Below, piece after piece: positions 27,985-47,009 of a DNA stretch of 64,000 bases. Numbering within the stretch: position 1 is the first letter of the stretch; the number at the start of each line of letters is the position of its first letter. Under the pieces are notes generated by a model. That model had not been told where the DNA came from and ran no database searches. It was given only the letters and a program-made list of their open reading frames with translations. Both the position numbers and the translations under genes were made by a program. The DNA comes from Eledone cirrhosa (Eukaryota), in the NCBI GenBank assembly GCA_964016885.1, contig OZ024741.1, forward strand, positions 232,748,001 to 232,812,000. The letters are read 5' to 3'.

Positions 27985-30900
27985 TAACTTAAAAAACTTG
28001 ATTCAGTGGAATGATACGTGATGCCCAAAACACAGCTGTGGCGGACAGAATGGAGAAGGCGTTTCTCCGGAGGACGGCAAGACCAACGCACTGGAAAAGC
28101 CACTCCAATTCGCGGAGCTCACACTTGCGGCTGGCCAGTTCAGCGCCTATGGTAGTGAGTAGGGAGGTAGCCCTAGGGCCGAGGACACCAGAAGTCTCCA
28201 CTACCAAGGGGACAACCGCAAACCTGTCGGAGAGCGACCGGTATTTTAGGAGTTTGACCTCCTCAGCCCGATGTCCAGCAGAACCTGGGTTATTCACAGA
28301 CTACACCAGGTTGCGGCTGCAGAAAATCTCGGTGCAAGTGGCATCACATACGAGGGGTTTGCCACAGCGGTACGGAATGATGGTCATAGCCCCAAAGGCT
28401 TGTGCTGGGAAGGGAAGCCTGCAGCGTCCAATCCATGCTTTATGACCTCGTTGATAGCAGCATGGTGTGGCGGGCGGCCGGCCCTGTTGTGACAGGAAAT
28501 CGGATGGAGGCCGAAAGAGTCCACAGTGGATCCTCAGCGACATTGGTGTGGGTCGCAGATCCGGAGGCCGAGCTCAAGGAAGTACCGATGCGCAGGCTAT
28601 TGTTGTCTAGTTGCGGGCCAGTGGAGAAGGTGGGCAGGGCATGGAACGAGGCACCACTGTGGGGTTTGGAGGCCGCATGAAAATGGGCAAGGCGGTGCTG
28701 GTCGAGCTGGCGCATGAGCCTGTCTGAGGCCAGGATGCACTGGATGGCATCCCAAGTGCTTTGGGGGACTTGACGTCAGCAGGGGGAGAAGGAGGAGGGA
28801 CGTCTACTGGGCTAAGTCCAAGCCGGTCCCACATCTCGCAGGCGGCCTCACGTTCTCTGAACAGAGAGGGTTCTATTGTGTTTTGAAGAACCCTGGTTAT
28901 GAGGACGCGGCATGAGGTTACCGACGAAAGATACGACGGCAAAGCCAGTGAGATCGGTGATCGGAGACCAAGGCCGCAATACCTGACAGATAAAGAGGCC
29001 TATTGCCATCCAATGTCGTCAAACTTGACGGTACATATCTCCTCGGCTGCTGCTCGGATACAATTATCGAGGTCAGCGAGGATAGAGGCGTGGGTGTAGC
29101 ACGGAGCGCTGCGAAGGGTATAGAGGAGCTTCGGCATGGCGAACCAGTTCCTCAACAGAAAGAGAGCTGGGTGGCCGTCGATCAGGCACAGTTGGCTCGT
29201 GAGAGTCTAGAGTTGTTGGAACCTGGACCTAGGGTGGAGCGGATGGCTGGCGGGTGGATGGTTTGACCCGAGGATGAAGACATCCACTTTGGTAGTCACC
29301 TGTACCTGGTGGAGAGTGGACAGAATGTCAGCGACGGAGGCTGCAAAGCTCTCAGCATCATGACTGACATTCACCACCTCCGACTTGGCCGAGTTGACCT
29401 GGATGCCGATCCCGCCAGGGCAGGGACCACCGATTGTAGGTCATGGCAGACAGTCTGTACGGGCCCACCCAACGTAGCATCATTCAGATACCAAACGTTG
29501 AGAGGGGCCGTGATACTCCGGGAGATGTGGTCTATACCAAGGGCAAACAGGAGGGGGTCCCAAAGGGTCGCCCTGTTCGACCCCAGTAGCCGAAGGAATG
29601 ACCGTCAGCAGCAAGGAGAATGCTCGCGGATCCATACGACAGGTAGGCCAGTGGGTAGGCAGAGGCGGCTCGGCTGAGGCAGGCATCGAGCAGATGGTCC
29701 CGGAGTAAGCAGTTGAAGGTATTCCTCATGTCAAGCTTGACAATGATGTGCCTAGAGTCCCTGGATGCCGAATCCGGTGGGCAGCTGTTGAATAACTGCC
29801 TGGTTAAATGTGCGGCACCCTCACAACCACCGGACACACCGACACCAAGTTGCACCGGACTGAACTCCTCACCCAGTTCGGGTGTTTTCGACCTGCAGAC
29901 CACCTTGGCAGCCAGCCTCCGGAAGACATTGCCCACAGCGATAGGGCGTATGCCACCCTCTTTCTTCCTGAGGCTAGCCGAAAAAAAGAGGCCTCGGGCG
30001 TAGGGGTGCAGGGCGCCATGGATGAGCCTATTGGTGAGTGCCACAATTGCACTCCGAAGGCGGAGCTCGGCCTCAGTGGAGAGGTGGGATAGCAACTCCT
30101 TGATGTGGTTTGGAAGGGCACCATCAGCACATCCGCTGCTGCTAGCTGAGGAGTCGATGGCGGTCATTATGTCTGCGCCGGAAGCCACAAGGAGCAAGTG
30201 AGGACCAAGTGGGGGTATGGGTCTGAGATCAGTGGGTGGCTCAGGGTGCTTTAGTTGCAGGGCAGCGAGAGCCTTCTCGGTGGGTTGGAGGACAGTGTCC
30301 TCTGAGGCAACCACTCTGACTGCGGCCGAGACATCACCCATGATTAATTTAGATTTACGCGGTCGCGCAAACGCTTGGCGCTGGCCTCAGGGGTGGATGA
30401 TTAGGGGTACCCGAGGGTGGGGTGTGTGGCGTCCCTACGCATGCTTGGAATGGGCGCTTGCCCAAAAGGACAAAACATTGGACTTGACGCTGGCTGCTGT
30501 CAGCGCCAGATTTGGGGAGGCCGAGGGCGAGTGGAGCGAAATAAAAGAGTCGCTCCTAGTCGCTGGCTCGATTGGAGTCCCGGGCGTTCTCAATCGAGGA
30601 AGCGAGGGCATCGGTTACCGGCACCCGGGACGCTCTCGGGATCCTGAGTGAGATATTCCGGAGCCGCCTGAGCCGAGCAATGTTGACCAGTGTGGCTTGG
30701 GTATCAGGCAAGCTCGCTGTCTCATCTGGTTGTGCCAGACGGCCGTCGCTGGGCAGACGAGGGGAAGAGGTAGTTCCTGCATCTCCACGCTGCGATGGCA
30801 CTGGAAGCTCGACGTGTCAAGCCAACACAGGTGAGGTGGTGGAAGCAGCCGAATCCCCAACAGTTCCGGCCCCTCTTCCGTCTGTTCGTGGTGGTGCAAG

Positions 30901-31560
30901 TGCTGCAGGTGTTGGCTTGGGGGGGATGAGGTGTGGGGTCGGGGACTGGGGCACCGAGCGGCATCAGGGATGAGTGGCTGGCGTGTGTGGGTAGAAGGGA
31001 AAGTGTTGGTAAGAGGGCCTCATAGCTCACGTACATCAGATATAGAGGCGTCAGAAGACAAGAGAGAAAAGAAGGGGTGCATGGAGGGCGCCACACAAGA
31101 AGGTAGGATGTTAGCAAATGTATGAGTGAATGGATGAATTACGAAAAAAAACCAAGAGCAAGGGGTGGGAAAACAAGGAGTTTTTCCCAGCGGAAAGACC
31201 CAGAGTTCAGCACGCACACATGCGAGCATGTAAGCAGTTTCTCATGGGGCCTTGTGGCTGGAGGTGTGTGATTCAATCCTGAAAACATGTGTTGTTGTTG
31301 TCCCTGATGCTGGAGTCGGCTTCCTCTTGTTAATGGTAGTGGTAGTGATTGCTGGTAAGATGTTGATGTATACACATATGTGTTGTTGTTAATGGTGGTG
31401 GTAGATGAAACAGCTACCAATTCGGGCTGCCAGGCATTATGCTCAGGCTCGAGTGCCTTCTTTTACCGAAGATGCGGGGTCGTTGTTATTGTCCTGTTAC
31501 TGTGGCCTTCTTGACCGAAGATGCGGGTCAGTGGCTTTGGGCATCATTTGGCAGCACAAC
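27985..31560 (-). mobile_element. CRE-clade-like non-LTR retrotransposon (RT + restriction-like endonuclease), degraded, GC-rich
   Basis: GGIRPIAVGNVFRRLAAK, QLGVGVSGGCEGAAH, KLDMRNTFN, GVEQGDPLGP, WYLNDATLGG; C-terminal GKPLVCDATC, KLLKY and VPLVVETSGVLG; the 5' boundary is approximate. Confidence 0.82.
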
Positions 31561-31747
31561 GGCAAATAAATATATTCTCTATTTTTTTCTTCTCTCTGTC
31601 TAATCCGATTCAAATTATTTGGAAGTGAATTGGTGGTCGGTTTGGTTTTGTTTTGTTTTATGTTTCTATTTGTTTTTATTTATTTCTCTCGCTCTCCTCG
31701 TATGTTTCGGTGCGTTAAATTTGTGAGGTTCCTATCGATGGTTAATA

Positions 31748-31930
31748 GCATTAGTATCGGTAGAGGGTCGGACGCCATGCTTTAAAGTATAGAGTTACGG
31801 CCCTTGCCATTCTGAGTTCAAATCCCGCCGAGGTTAACTTTGCCTTTCATCCTTACGGGGTCGATAAAATAAAGTGCCAGTAATGCACTGGGTATTTGCT
31901 GGCCTTGTGCCAAAAGTAGAAACAATTATT
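31748..31930 (+). mobile_element. tRNA-derived SINE, full length
   Basis: B-box GAGTTCAAATCCC, family core and tail. Confidence 0.9.
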
Positions 31931-32439
31931 TGAGGTTATATTTCCATTCTAGGATGTATTCCATCATAACAGCATATTCTGCTTCCCAGCATCATGGATT
32001 AAACTGTGAATTAATGTCGCGAATGTTTGGGGCGAATGTTTAACTATGGGGTAATCAGATAATCCAAGTGTAAAATCATTAATGTAGATATGGATAGAGT
32101 CTGGTGGATTTAGGAATGTGTTAGAAGTGATGAAGCAGCGTGGTAAATGTTTAAGATAAACATACATTAACTAAAGAGGTTTGGAATCTGATACAAGCAA
32201 ATTTCCTATATATATATATTCAAATAAAAAATTATATATGTATATAATCATATATCGTGAAAGAAACATATAGCATTCTTCATATACAGTATATATTTTT
32301 TTTAAAAAACACTTTTTTAACACTATATGTTTTAAGGTGGCAAAACTAAAATTCCTTACGGCACTGTTTCCCGGACGATATATGATTATATGCATATATT
32401 TTTTAATTTGAATTATTGACGTTCAGGATCCAATATTCA

Positions 32440-32744
32440 TCAGAATATAGTTAGAAATAGACGATAAATAGAAAGAAAAACCATGCGTTGAGACTGGATC
32501 TCGAAATAATGGTCATGGCTGCAGAGCCGACGAAGCCGGAGAAATCGGGAGTAGGGTGTGCAGAGTTTGGTGTGGTTTGGTTGGGAGGAGATGAAGTCAA
32601 GTAAGGAGTGGGCGTCAGTGGCTTTGTAAAAAGATGAAAGCAGAGAGGGTGTGCCTAGTGTGATCGAGAGAGAGAGAGAGAGAGAGAGAGCGGGAGAGAG
32701 AAAGGTCGAGACGGTGTCGGAGACGAGGGTGCTGAAGGTGAGAG

Positions 32745-32750
<6 letters not shown>
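32440..32750 (-). mobile_element. PLE RT thumb fragment
   Basis: YKATDAHSLLDFISSQPNHTKLCTPYSRFLRLRRLCS, homologous to 39250-39400. Confidence 0.7.
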
Positions 32751-32793
<43 letters not shown>

Positions 32794-33056
32794 TACAACT
32801 ATTATAAACACTATGCATATTTCTGTGGGTACTTAGTACCTGTTGGAATATCCATACTTTTTTATATTTATTCTCCTTATAAGTAGAGAACAAAACGTTG
32901 TATCGCGCTGCTATTTTTAGCGGCATGGTCAACAAGTTTATAATATCCCTTATGGCTTATTTTTGTGTGTAGGTCAATTTAACGGCCTGACCCATGCAAC
33001 GGACAGGAAGCGATATATTCTCTTACTATGAGGCTTTATACCCTTATAGTATGGAA

Positions 33057-33142
33057 ATAGCTGTCTGAAGATCTAATTCTTTCCATTGGAAATTCTCTGA
33101 ATTTCCAATCTTTTGATTAGTGAAACCGTCGGTAACAGCTAT
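33057..33142 (+). ncRNA. Intact type I HHR with extended stem II
   Basis: ATAGCTGT-CTGAAGA-T-CTAATT...ATTGGAAATT-CTCTG-AATTTCCAAT...GATTAG-T-GAAA-CCG-T-CGG-TA-ACAGCTAT; 8-bp stem I. Confidence 0.85.
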
Positions 33143-33590
33143 AGAACAGGTGAATATTTAAATCGTTTTTAATTTATTTAAAATATTGTTTGATGATTAC
33201 TTGTTCCGCTCATTTATATATATATATATATGAGAGTATTGAAGTTTGCTTGAAGCATTGTGGAATAATAAGATTTATTTTCTTTTGGGTTTTGGAAGCC
33301 TCAATAATGCAGATGGGTAATTCTCCGAGTCACAGCATCCGGTGGTGAAGCGAGATGTAAGGGAATGTAGAATGAGATGTATAGTGTGTAGAGGAACGTA
33401 GGAAAGGGCGTAAAAAATAAAAATAATAACACGAGATAGAGTTACCTAGGGAGATATTTAATTGTCCCTATATTTCGGATTCGTATCCATCAACTGGGGT
33501 TTTTTTCCTGAAAATAAAATAAATCATATATATATGTATATATATATACATATATATATTAATATAAGACAAACGCAGAGATACAAACAA

Positions 33591-33772
33591 ATAATTGTTT
33601 CTACATTTGGCACAAGGCCAGCAATTATCCAGTACATTACTGGTACTTTATTTTATCGACCCCGTAAGGATGAAAGGCAAAGTTAACCTCGGCGAGATTT
33701 GAACTTAGATTGTAAAGGACATAACTATGCTGGAAAGCATGGCGTCCGACTCTCTACCCATACTGCTAATCC
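33591..33772 (-). mobile_element. tRNA-derived SINE, full length
   Basis: Reverse-complement match to 45841-46027. Confidence 0.88.
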
Positions 33773-33965
33773 ACTTACACTTAGATGAAATGTAGACAAA
33801 TCAGAATTTAACGTATCGGATAAAGCTCTTCGCCAGGAGATACAGTATAAAGATAGAGGACACATGTTTCAGACTGAAGTGAGAGTGTATGTAGAAAAGG
33901 AACAAGAGTAAGATAGATAAAAGAGGAGAGAAGTATATGTATGATTGGTGAGATGAATATGATTG

Positions 33966-35687
<1,722 letters not shown>

Positions 35688-35696
35688 CAAGAAAGA

Positions 35697-37344
35697 AGAG
35701 TGACATGGTTTACTATACAATAAGGGCTTTATTCACATTGCTGACAATTGTTTCTCTGAACTGGTAGGTCTAGAGATCACTACCCGCCTGTTTTTGCGTC
35801 AATCGATCACCAATACTTTGTTATAACCAGTCAGTTCATCAGAGCCTGCGAGAATGGCTTCTATATATAGTAGTGGCATTAAATCAGAACAATAATATTA
35901 ATTCTAACAATACTAGCAATACTACAATAAATTAGCTAGACCGTAAATATTAAAAATAATCACAACATCAATCTAAGTATACTGATGGCTTTAGCATGTA
36001 AAACGAGCTGATACGAAGCAGATGTATGAAACTGACATGTAAAAGCTGTCATGGGGTGTATTATATATGTTGAATGCTAAGTTATGTTGATTCGAATCAC
36101 TTGAGGACAAAAACATCGACTACAATATCAACTGGTCGAGGTTGTCGGCCGCAAGGGCATATAGTTCCGGTATGTCCTATTGTAGGCTCTGCCAGCTTGA
36201 ATTACTATATATCCTTAGGAACGAAAAAAGGCTACTCAACAACAAGATAGAAAGGTCAATTTTCTGCAGACACAGGATCGCTACTAAATTCACAAGATTT
36301 AAGCCACGGTGATTCGAACCAACATAACTTAGCATTCAACATATGAAATCCGCACACTCACACAGACCACCACACAACTATAATATTCTTTAAGCAGCTT
36401 CTAGCCTCCTTAATTCTATACCATGGTAATGTCTGCAAATATCTTATCAACCCATAAATATATCTCTTCTCGGCTACTGTCAACACAACTTCCTCACTCT
36501 TGATTCTCAACAGATGAATCTAATTCCAAGTACATTATTTGACTACTACCACAGTCCTTGAAATATCACCTTCCCCCTGTTGTTATAATGACCACCCCAA
36601 GATATCCGTAATTGTAGTCATTATGTTCTCTCTATATGTACCTTGCTTCTTAACCTCTGTATTAACTTACTTACTATATTGCTGCTATTATTATTATTGC
36701 TGTCTTATCCATACATGATGTGTTATTGATGCTGTGAAAGCTAAACAACCCCATGATTCGAACTAACAATCTCTTCATCTAATATAGACCACTTAAATAA
36801 TGAATCCGCTTTACACCACATAAAAAATACCATACTCACTACAATGGAAATATTTTATCTGTCAGATATAAATAACTCGTACGGTCAGCAAACCTACAGT
36901 AAAGTAAATGGTCCATTGTTTCAAGCCACAGGTTATCTCTACACTATATATAATACACCCCATGACAGCTTTTACATGTCAATTTCATACATCTGCTTCG
37001 TATCAGCTCGTTTTACATACTAAAGCCATCAGTATACTCTATGTCTTACTTAGATTGATATTGTGATTATTTTTAATATTTACGGTCTAGCTAATTTATT
37101 GTAGTATTGCTAATATTGTTAATATTGTTATTATTGTTCTGATTTAATGCCACTACTATATATAGAAGCCATGCCTGTGTATTCCCTCCATTTTCGCACG
37201 CTCTGATCAACTGACAAGTTATAACAAAGTATTGGTGATCGATTGACGCAAAAACAGGCGGGTAGTGATCTCTAGACCTACCAGTTCAGAGAAACAATTG
37301 TCAGCAATGTGAATAAAGCCCTTATTGTATAGCAAACCATGTCA

Positions 37345-37348
<4 letters not shown>
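35697..37348. repeat. Inverted repeat element (about 380-bp arms) with outward-facing HHRs (35740-35845 minus, intact; 37200-37305 plus, CTGATCA variant)
   Basis: GCT-CTGATGA-ACTGACTGGT...(about 65 nt)...ACCAGTTCAGA-GAAA-CAATTG-TC-AGC; an inner inverted pair lies at about 36065-36100 / 36310-36345. Confidence 0.8.
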
Positions 37349-37407
<59 letters not shown>

Positions 37408-37429
37408 AAAAATTGAACGGGAACAAAAC

Positions 37430-40813
<3,384 letters not shown>

Positions 40814-40878
40814 GTTTGAATCATGGGGTTGTTTAGCTTTCACCGCATCAATAACACATCATGCATGGATAAGACAGC

Positions 40879-41222
<344 letters not shown>

Positions 41223-41257
41223 TTCAAACTCGCTCACTGTTCCAAAACATACTTACT

Positions 41258-41334
<77 letters not shown>

Positions 41335-41339
<5 letters not shown>

Positions 41340-42162
41340 AAATATAGAGAAAAATACTGCAGGTAGCACATGGATAACATGTAATAAAATGAGTCCTTCA
41401 TCAGTGATTTGCCGACGATCATAGATATTTTATTGCATTAAAAATCATATACCTCACGTCGGTTCAATAATAACCAAAATAAGTTATTAGGACAATTGAA
41501 ACGCGTAAAGCAAGTGAGACAGGAGAACAACAAAGAGTATAGCTAACCGTAGGGGAAAGAAACAAGCTTCAAAATTATTCTGTTTAGCATAAGCTAGGTG
41601 AATATATGAGCGCTTTTAGAAAACAGACCTGACACGAACGATGGCCATGTGAGAAGAGAGAAAAATAGCTTTCGTGGTGTACAGGATGAAATGAAGAGAA
41701 GAGAAACAGTGAGTGAGTGAAAGTGTGAGGAAGAGTTAACTGACATGACAGAGGGGGAGAAACAGAGAGAATGGGGGAGCAGTAAGAGAGAGAGAGAAAA
41801 GACACAGAATCGCAGTGGTAAATATATGTAATAAAATATAGAGAAAAATACTGCAGGTAGCACATGGATAACATGTAATAAAATGAGTCCCTCATCAGTG
41901 ATTTGCCGACGATCATAGATATTTCATTGCATTAAAAATCATATACCTCACGTCGGTGCAATAATAACCAAAATAAGTTATTAGGACAATTGAAACGCGT
42001 AAAGCGAGTGAGACAGGAGAACAACAAAGAGTATAGCTAACCGTAGGGGAAAGAAACAAGCTTCAAAATTGTTCTGTTTAGCATAAGCTAGGTGAATATA
42101 TGAGCGCTTTTAGAAAACAGACCTGACACGAACGATGGCCATGTGAGAAGAGAGAAAAATAG
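41335..42162 (+). repeat. Partial tandem repeat, period 494 (about 1.7 units)
   Basis: 41335-41668 is repeated at 41829-42162; an inverted fragment lies at about 19262-19360. Confidence 0.85.
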
Positions 42163-42164
42163 TA

Positions 42165-42990
42165 AGCGCATCAATAGACAAACTATCTGGTTCTCTCCTC
42201 CCTTCTCACTCAACGTTAAAACTAATGTAGGAAAACAATTTCTAGCCCTCTTAGTTAGATACTTTCTCATAGGTCATAAATACTGCTCCATCTTTAACCG
42301 TTAAAGTTAAACTAGGATACTCCTGCGCTAAGAACATGAAGGTTCACATCACCACCAGCCCTAGGAGCAACACCCCACCAGAGTGCTCTTGCCGTAAGCC
42401 TGAAGCTTGCCCCCTTCAACAGCAATGCAATACACCAGCTGTAATTTACGAAGCTGTGGTCACTTCCAACCGACCAAACGAACCACAGGAGGTCAAATCC
42501 TATGTGGGCATGGCGGAGGGCCGATTTAAGGAACATTTCCTGAACCATCAGTCTACCTTAACGTATGGTCCCTCAAGGACTCAAGTATAGACTACTCCAT
42601 TCAATGGAAAGCCACCACTAAGTCCAAGCCATACGCAAGGGGAAATCCGACGTGTGGCTTATGTATTGACGAACGAATAACTATTCAATAGTGATTGCCT
42701 AAAATCGAGAAACGTCGCCAAACACCTATTGCATAACTACAAGGCTTCGGACTAATTCTTTGCAATTTTATTTTTTAACTAAAACTTTTCGGACTTTCGC
42801 AGTTATCTCCCTTACACCTCTCGCACTCATTCTAGTATTGCCTGTGTGATATGACCGGGTTTCTGTGCATGCGCGTTCGTCCGGTTGTCCTTCCTGTTCC
42901 TATAACCATGCCCATTCCGAGGTGAGGATCCGCTAAGGTGAAACAATTGTTCTCGGTATGGTGAACTAACTGTTGTGTAACCTCTTCTAT
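42165..42990 (+). mobile_element. PLE 3' remnant (Naiad-like GIY-YIG plus pseudo-LTR with decayed HHR)
   Basis: IWFSPPFSLNVKTNVGKQF, CSCRKPEACPL (CxCx5C), VIYEA, YVGMAEGRFKEHFLNH, CGLC; the end matches the palindrome at 20495-20579. Confidence 0.8.
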
Positions 42991-43357
42991 ATATATCAGT
43001 GTGTTGGTATTTAAACGTTAGTTATAGCTCTGGTTTATCCAAACTATTGAGCACTTTGCCACACATTTCGAAGATTGTGTTTCGTTATTTCGTGGGCCGA
43101 GGTTCCGATTCTCGATAATTTATTTATATATATATATATATATTTGTTTGCCTGTGTGTTAGTATGTATTTTGTATGTATATATGTATTTGTATGTGTGT
43201 ATGTATGTGTATCTGTATATATCTCTATGTATCTGTGTGTTCGGCAATCTCTCCGTACATTACGAGATTGCGGAACTCACACACACACGCATATTGTAAA
43301 TGGACTGTTTAAGTGACTACGAAATCTCGTGGAATCGACCTAAGACATTGTTTATTA

Positions 43358-43530
43358 TTATCGGTAGGGCGTCTAACAACATGCTTTGTGATATATTGTT
43401 ACAGCACTTTACGTTCTGAGTTCAAATCCAGACACGAGTAGCTTTAACTTTCATCCTTACGGGGTCGATAAAATTAATTTCGAGTAACGCACTGGGGGTT
43501 GATTTAATCAACTTTCTGCTCCCCTGAAAT
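43358..43530 (+). mobile_element. Diverged SINE (longer subfamily)
   Basis: CTGAGTTCAAATCC...TTTCATCCTTACGGGGTCGATAAAAT...CACTGGGGGTTGATTTAATC. Confidence 0.7.
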
Positions 43531-44179
43531 TGTTCTCCCGCGAAAGGTGGGTTTTTCGCAGTTCCCTGAGTGCGCCTGAAAATAGTAGCTTTCCTCGGTG
43601 CCCATACTGGATTTTCAATAGCAACCTTTGCTAGGTGTTTTTTGTGTGTAACTATCAATCTTTTGTGTGTGACTATCAATAACTGTTTATGTCATAAGTC
43701 CTTCTTCCATCCAGCTTTCTTCATTCAGAGTGAATAAGCCGGGATAGTTTGAGCTCGACGACAATCGAACTTATTCAATAAACTTATGTATAAGAATAGC
43801 AAACTTACTGCCTTAGCATCTCAAGAACAAACACAGAACAATTGAGGATGTCATCGCAATTATTGAAGAAATTATAACCGAGTGAACATATTCAGGTACT
43901 GTTCAAGCACCCTGTATATCACCGTTTGTAAAACCCTTCGTATGACTGAAGCAATTCAATAAAACCATCCCGTTTTCTCCTTATAGTAGTCATAATCCGA
44001 GAAAACACACCATAATACGTCGGATAAACAATCAGAAGTATTGGCTCTAAAGAAGTTCTTGTAACGTTCACTGTTGCAAAGTGTAAATATTGGTTACATC
44101 TTCTTAATTCGTGTTAATCTTCCCACGATCCGACACCTCGAAATATCGACAAAATAAATACTACTCTCAAAATCTGTAC

Positions 44180-44350
44180 CAGTTGCTCTCCGACAAGTTG
44201 GCGGTCGTGCCCTTGGCAGTGGAGAATTCTGGTGTCCTTGGTCGTAGGGCTACCTCCCTACTCACCTCGCGAGCTGGAATGGATCTTCCAGCGCATCTCC
44301 CTTACCGTCCTCGGAGGAAATGCCTTCTCCATTCTGTTCGCCGGGGCTGT
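44180..44350 (+). mobile_element. CRE-like 3' endonuclease fragment
   Basis: LSDKLAVVPLAVENSGVLG and ELEWIFQRISLTVLGGNAFSIL, homologous to 28040-28250. Confidence 0.75.
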
Positions 44351-44991
44351 AGGGAGGCCAGCACGTGGGACCTTATTTGCTCTCCATACTGAGAAATTGG
44401 GAGGGCGAGAGAGATGGAGGCGATGACAATGGGAGTTCGGCTCTTCCACGTTTGGACCATATCCTTGTCGTTGTGTTCATTAAGCAGTTAATGAGTCCAC
44501 CACACAGAATAAAACCAACCTTATTTGTTCACAGCCTAATTTCATACAATGTCATCTTTTTTCTAAATGTAACTGTTGCAAGGAATCTATCAGGTTAATA
44601 TTACTTACCATAAGGTTGGTCGGTGAGTTATAGTTAACAGTGTAATACCTTAATCTTTAGCTCTTTGGTATATACTACTCTCCATATCAATAGAAAGAGA
44701 ACTTCTACATTCATCCAGAAGTGCAAATTGAGGCCTTTAAATAATTGATATTAAAAAATATTGTTCAATATAATAAGAAAAAAATAAAATAAAATAAAAT
44801 AAAATCAACATGCCGGGAATACGAATATTCGTTAACATACGATTCGGATTTTATTTTTCGGACTAATCTCATTGTAATCCAACTTCCTGGTCATTGATCA
44901 TCACACTATTTTGTAACTTATCACCGATTCCTGCAGTTGACATTAATGCGACCTAAGCGTGTGCACGTGTCCAGAATCCATATCAGTGGTT

Positions 44992-45100
<109 letters not shown>

Positions 45101-45454
45101 AGATAGAGAGAGAGATCTGTTCAGTCTGCTTAATTTGACAATTTTTTATGTAAATTTCTAATAAGTTGTTGCCTCGTTTTGGAGAACTGAGTTGTGGGAG
45201 GAGGAAGGGGGGTAGTGGGAGGGAGGGTTTCACATAGAGTAGTAGTAATTTCTCTTCTCCCCTCTTACTGAAACGTTTCTTTCCTCCTCCATTGTAAAGA
45301 TGTCCCCAGGGGTTCCATGATTGATTTTTATTGAAATCCAATTAGCCAGTCCTGTTTCTGAATATTAGCTTAACGTGTGTAAAGTCTCATCAGGAGCGGA
45401 TCACTGGTATAGACGCCAACTGGTTACACACAGACAAACAGACATTGCCATATA

Positions 45455-45557
<103 letters not shown>

Positions 45558-45619
45558 TATGTATGTATGTATATATATGTATATGTATATATATATATGT
45601 ATATATGTAATATATATAT

Positions 45620-45651
<32 letters not shown>

Positions 45652-45840
45652 GTGCACATACACATACACACACAGGTAAACAGTATACTGTACTGATGAA
45701 GGATAATAACCCAGAAACATTAGTGATACCGTTCTGTTCATATGCGAACACAAGAGCAAGAATGTCGAGGTCATTCTACTGAAATGCCTTAAGAGGCTGT
45801 TTGCATAATTGCAAACAAATCGAATATTATTATTAATATT

Positions 45841-46027
45841 GGTGGATTGGCAGTATCGGTAGAGGGTCGGACGCCATGCTTTCCAGCATAGTTACGTCCC
45901 TTTACGATCTGAGTTCAAATCCCGCCGAGGTTGACTTTGCCTTTCATCCTTACGGGGTCGATAAAATAAAGTACCAGTAATGCACTGGGTAATTGCTGGC
46001 CTTGTGCCTAAAGTAGAAACAATTATT
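45841..46027 (+). mobile_element. tRNA-derived SINE, full length, inserted into an older repeat
   Basis: A-box TGGCAGTATCGG and B-box GAGTTCAAATCCC; the flanks match the uninterrupted sequence at 1730-1815. Confidence 0.92.
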
Positions 46028-46189
46028 TATATTCGAAAAACTCAGATTTACATTTCTTGTATTCAGTCATGTAGAGCAATAAAACTATTTGTTAGTTATA
46101 CATATGTGTGTGTAATTTACAGGTATATTACTTGACGCTTTTGACAGTAAGGAAGAGCATTTAGAGACGTACAATATAGAGGAACAGAG

Positions 46190-46870
46190 TCACAGAGGGA
46201 TTTCCTGAAAGTTAACCGGTTCAAGGCGACAGAAGTAGTGTGTAGCTAGAGCAGATCTTTAGGCAGGAACAGAGTATCTTGGTGGTGAAACAGTAGGGTG
46301 GATGAGACAATTAAAGCCAAAAGGCAGGCATGGAAATAATGGCAAGATGGGGGAAGTAGAGAACACTATCAGGTGGCTAGAATAGAAGCTAGGAAACTAG
46401 TGTACTTTGCAAGAAGGGAAGCAGACTATAGAACGTTCAAGCATGTTCTACAGTGCAAGGACCAACGACGAGAGGTGTTCAGGATTACAAGACCTGGGCA
46501 CAGTGTGCAGAAGATAAGATCTGCGCAGATTGGAAAGAAACGAAGCATGCATGCTCCAATAGATGTGTAATAGTAATATACACGAAAGGCAAAGCGTAAA
46601 TGAACTAAGAAATTAGGCATAAGATGGATCAGATGCAGTTTACTAGAGAGGAGATTACGTTGGTATGGTCATATGATGCGTATGAAGGACGACAGCTGTA
46701 TAAAAAAGTGGAGGCCGATCAAAATTGATTGAAACTACAGACTAGGTAGACCCAGAAAGACCTGGGACGATGTGATAAAAACTGACCTTGCACATTTGTA
46801 CCTCTCTAAGACGACGTCATAAGATCGAAATCTTTGGCGCTATACAGTAATACAGAAGACCCGCATTCCC
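46190..46870 (+). mobile_element. Degraded RTE-like LINE fragments
   Basis: RLRWYGHMMRM and GRPRKTW motifs at about 46650-46770. Confidence 0.65.
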
Positions 46871-47009
46871 TTGCGTACGGACTTAAACCTACACTCAGTA
46901 GGCACCTCTTAATCCAATATACACCCACACCCCCTAACACCTTCCACATACACCACCCTTTCTCTGTAAAGTTATGTTGGAACCATAAAATATCCAGCCC
47001 ACTCTCTAA

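Noticed and set aside
41895-42010. Plus-strand HHR from CCGACGA...GAAACGCGTA
   Set aside because: The stem I partners do not pair
45841-45930. tRNA gene
   Set aside because: A and B boxes are present, but the spacing is extended and it continues into the SINE body found many times in the window
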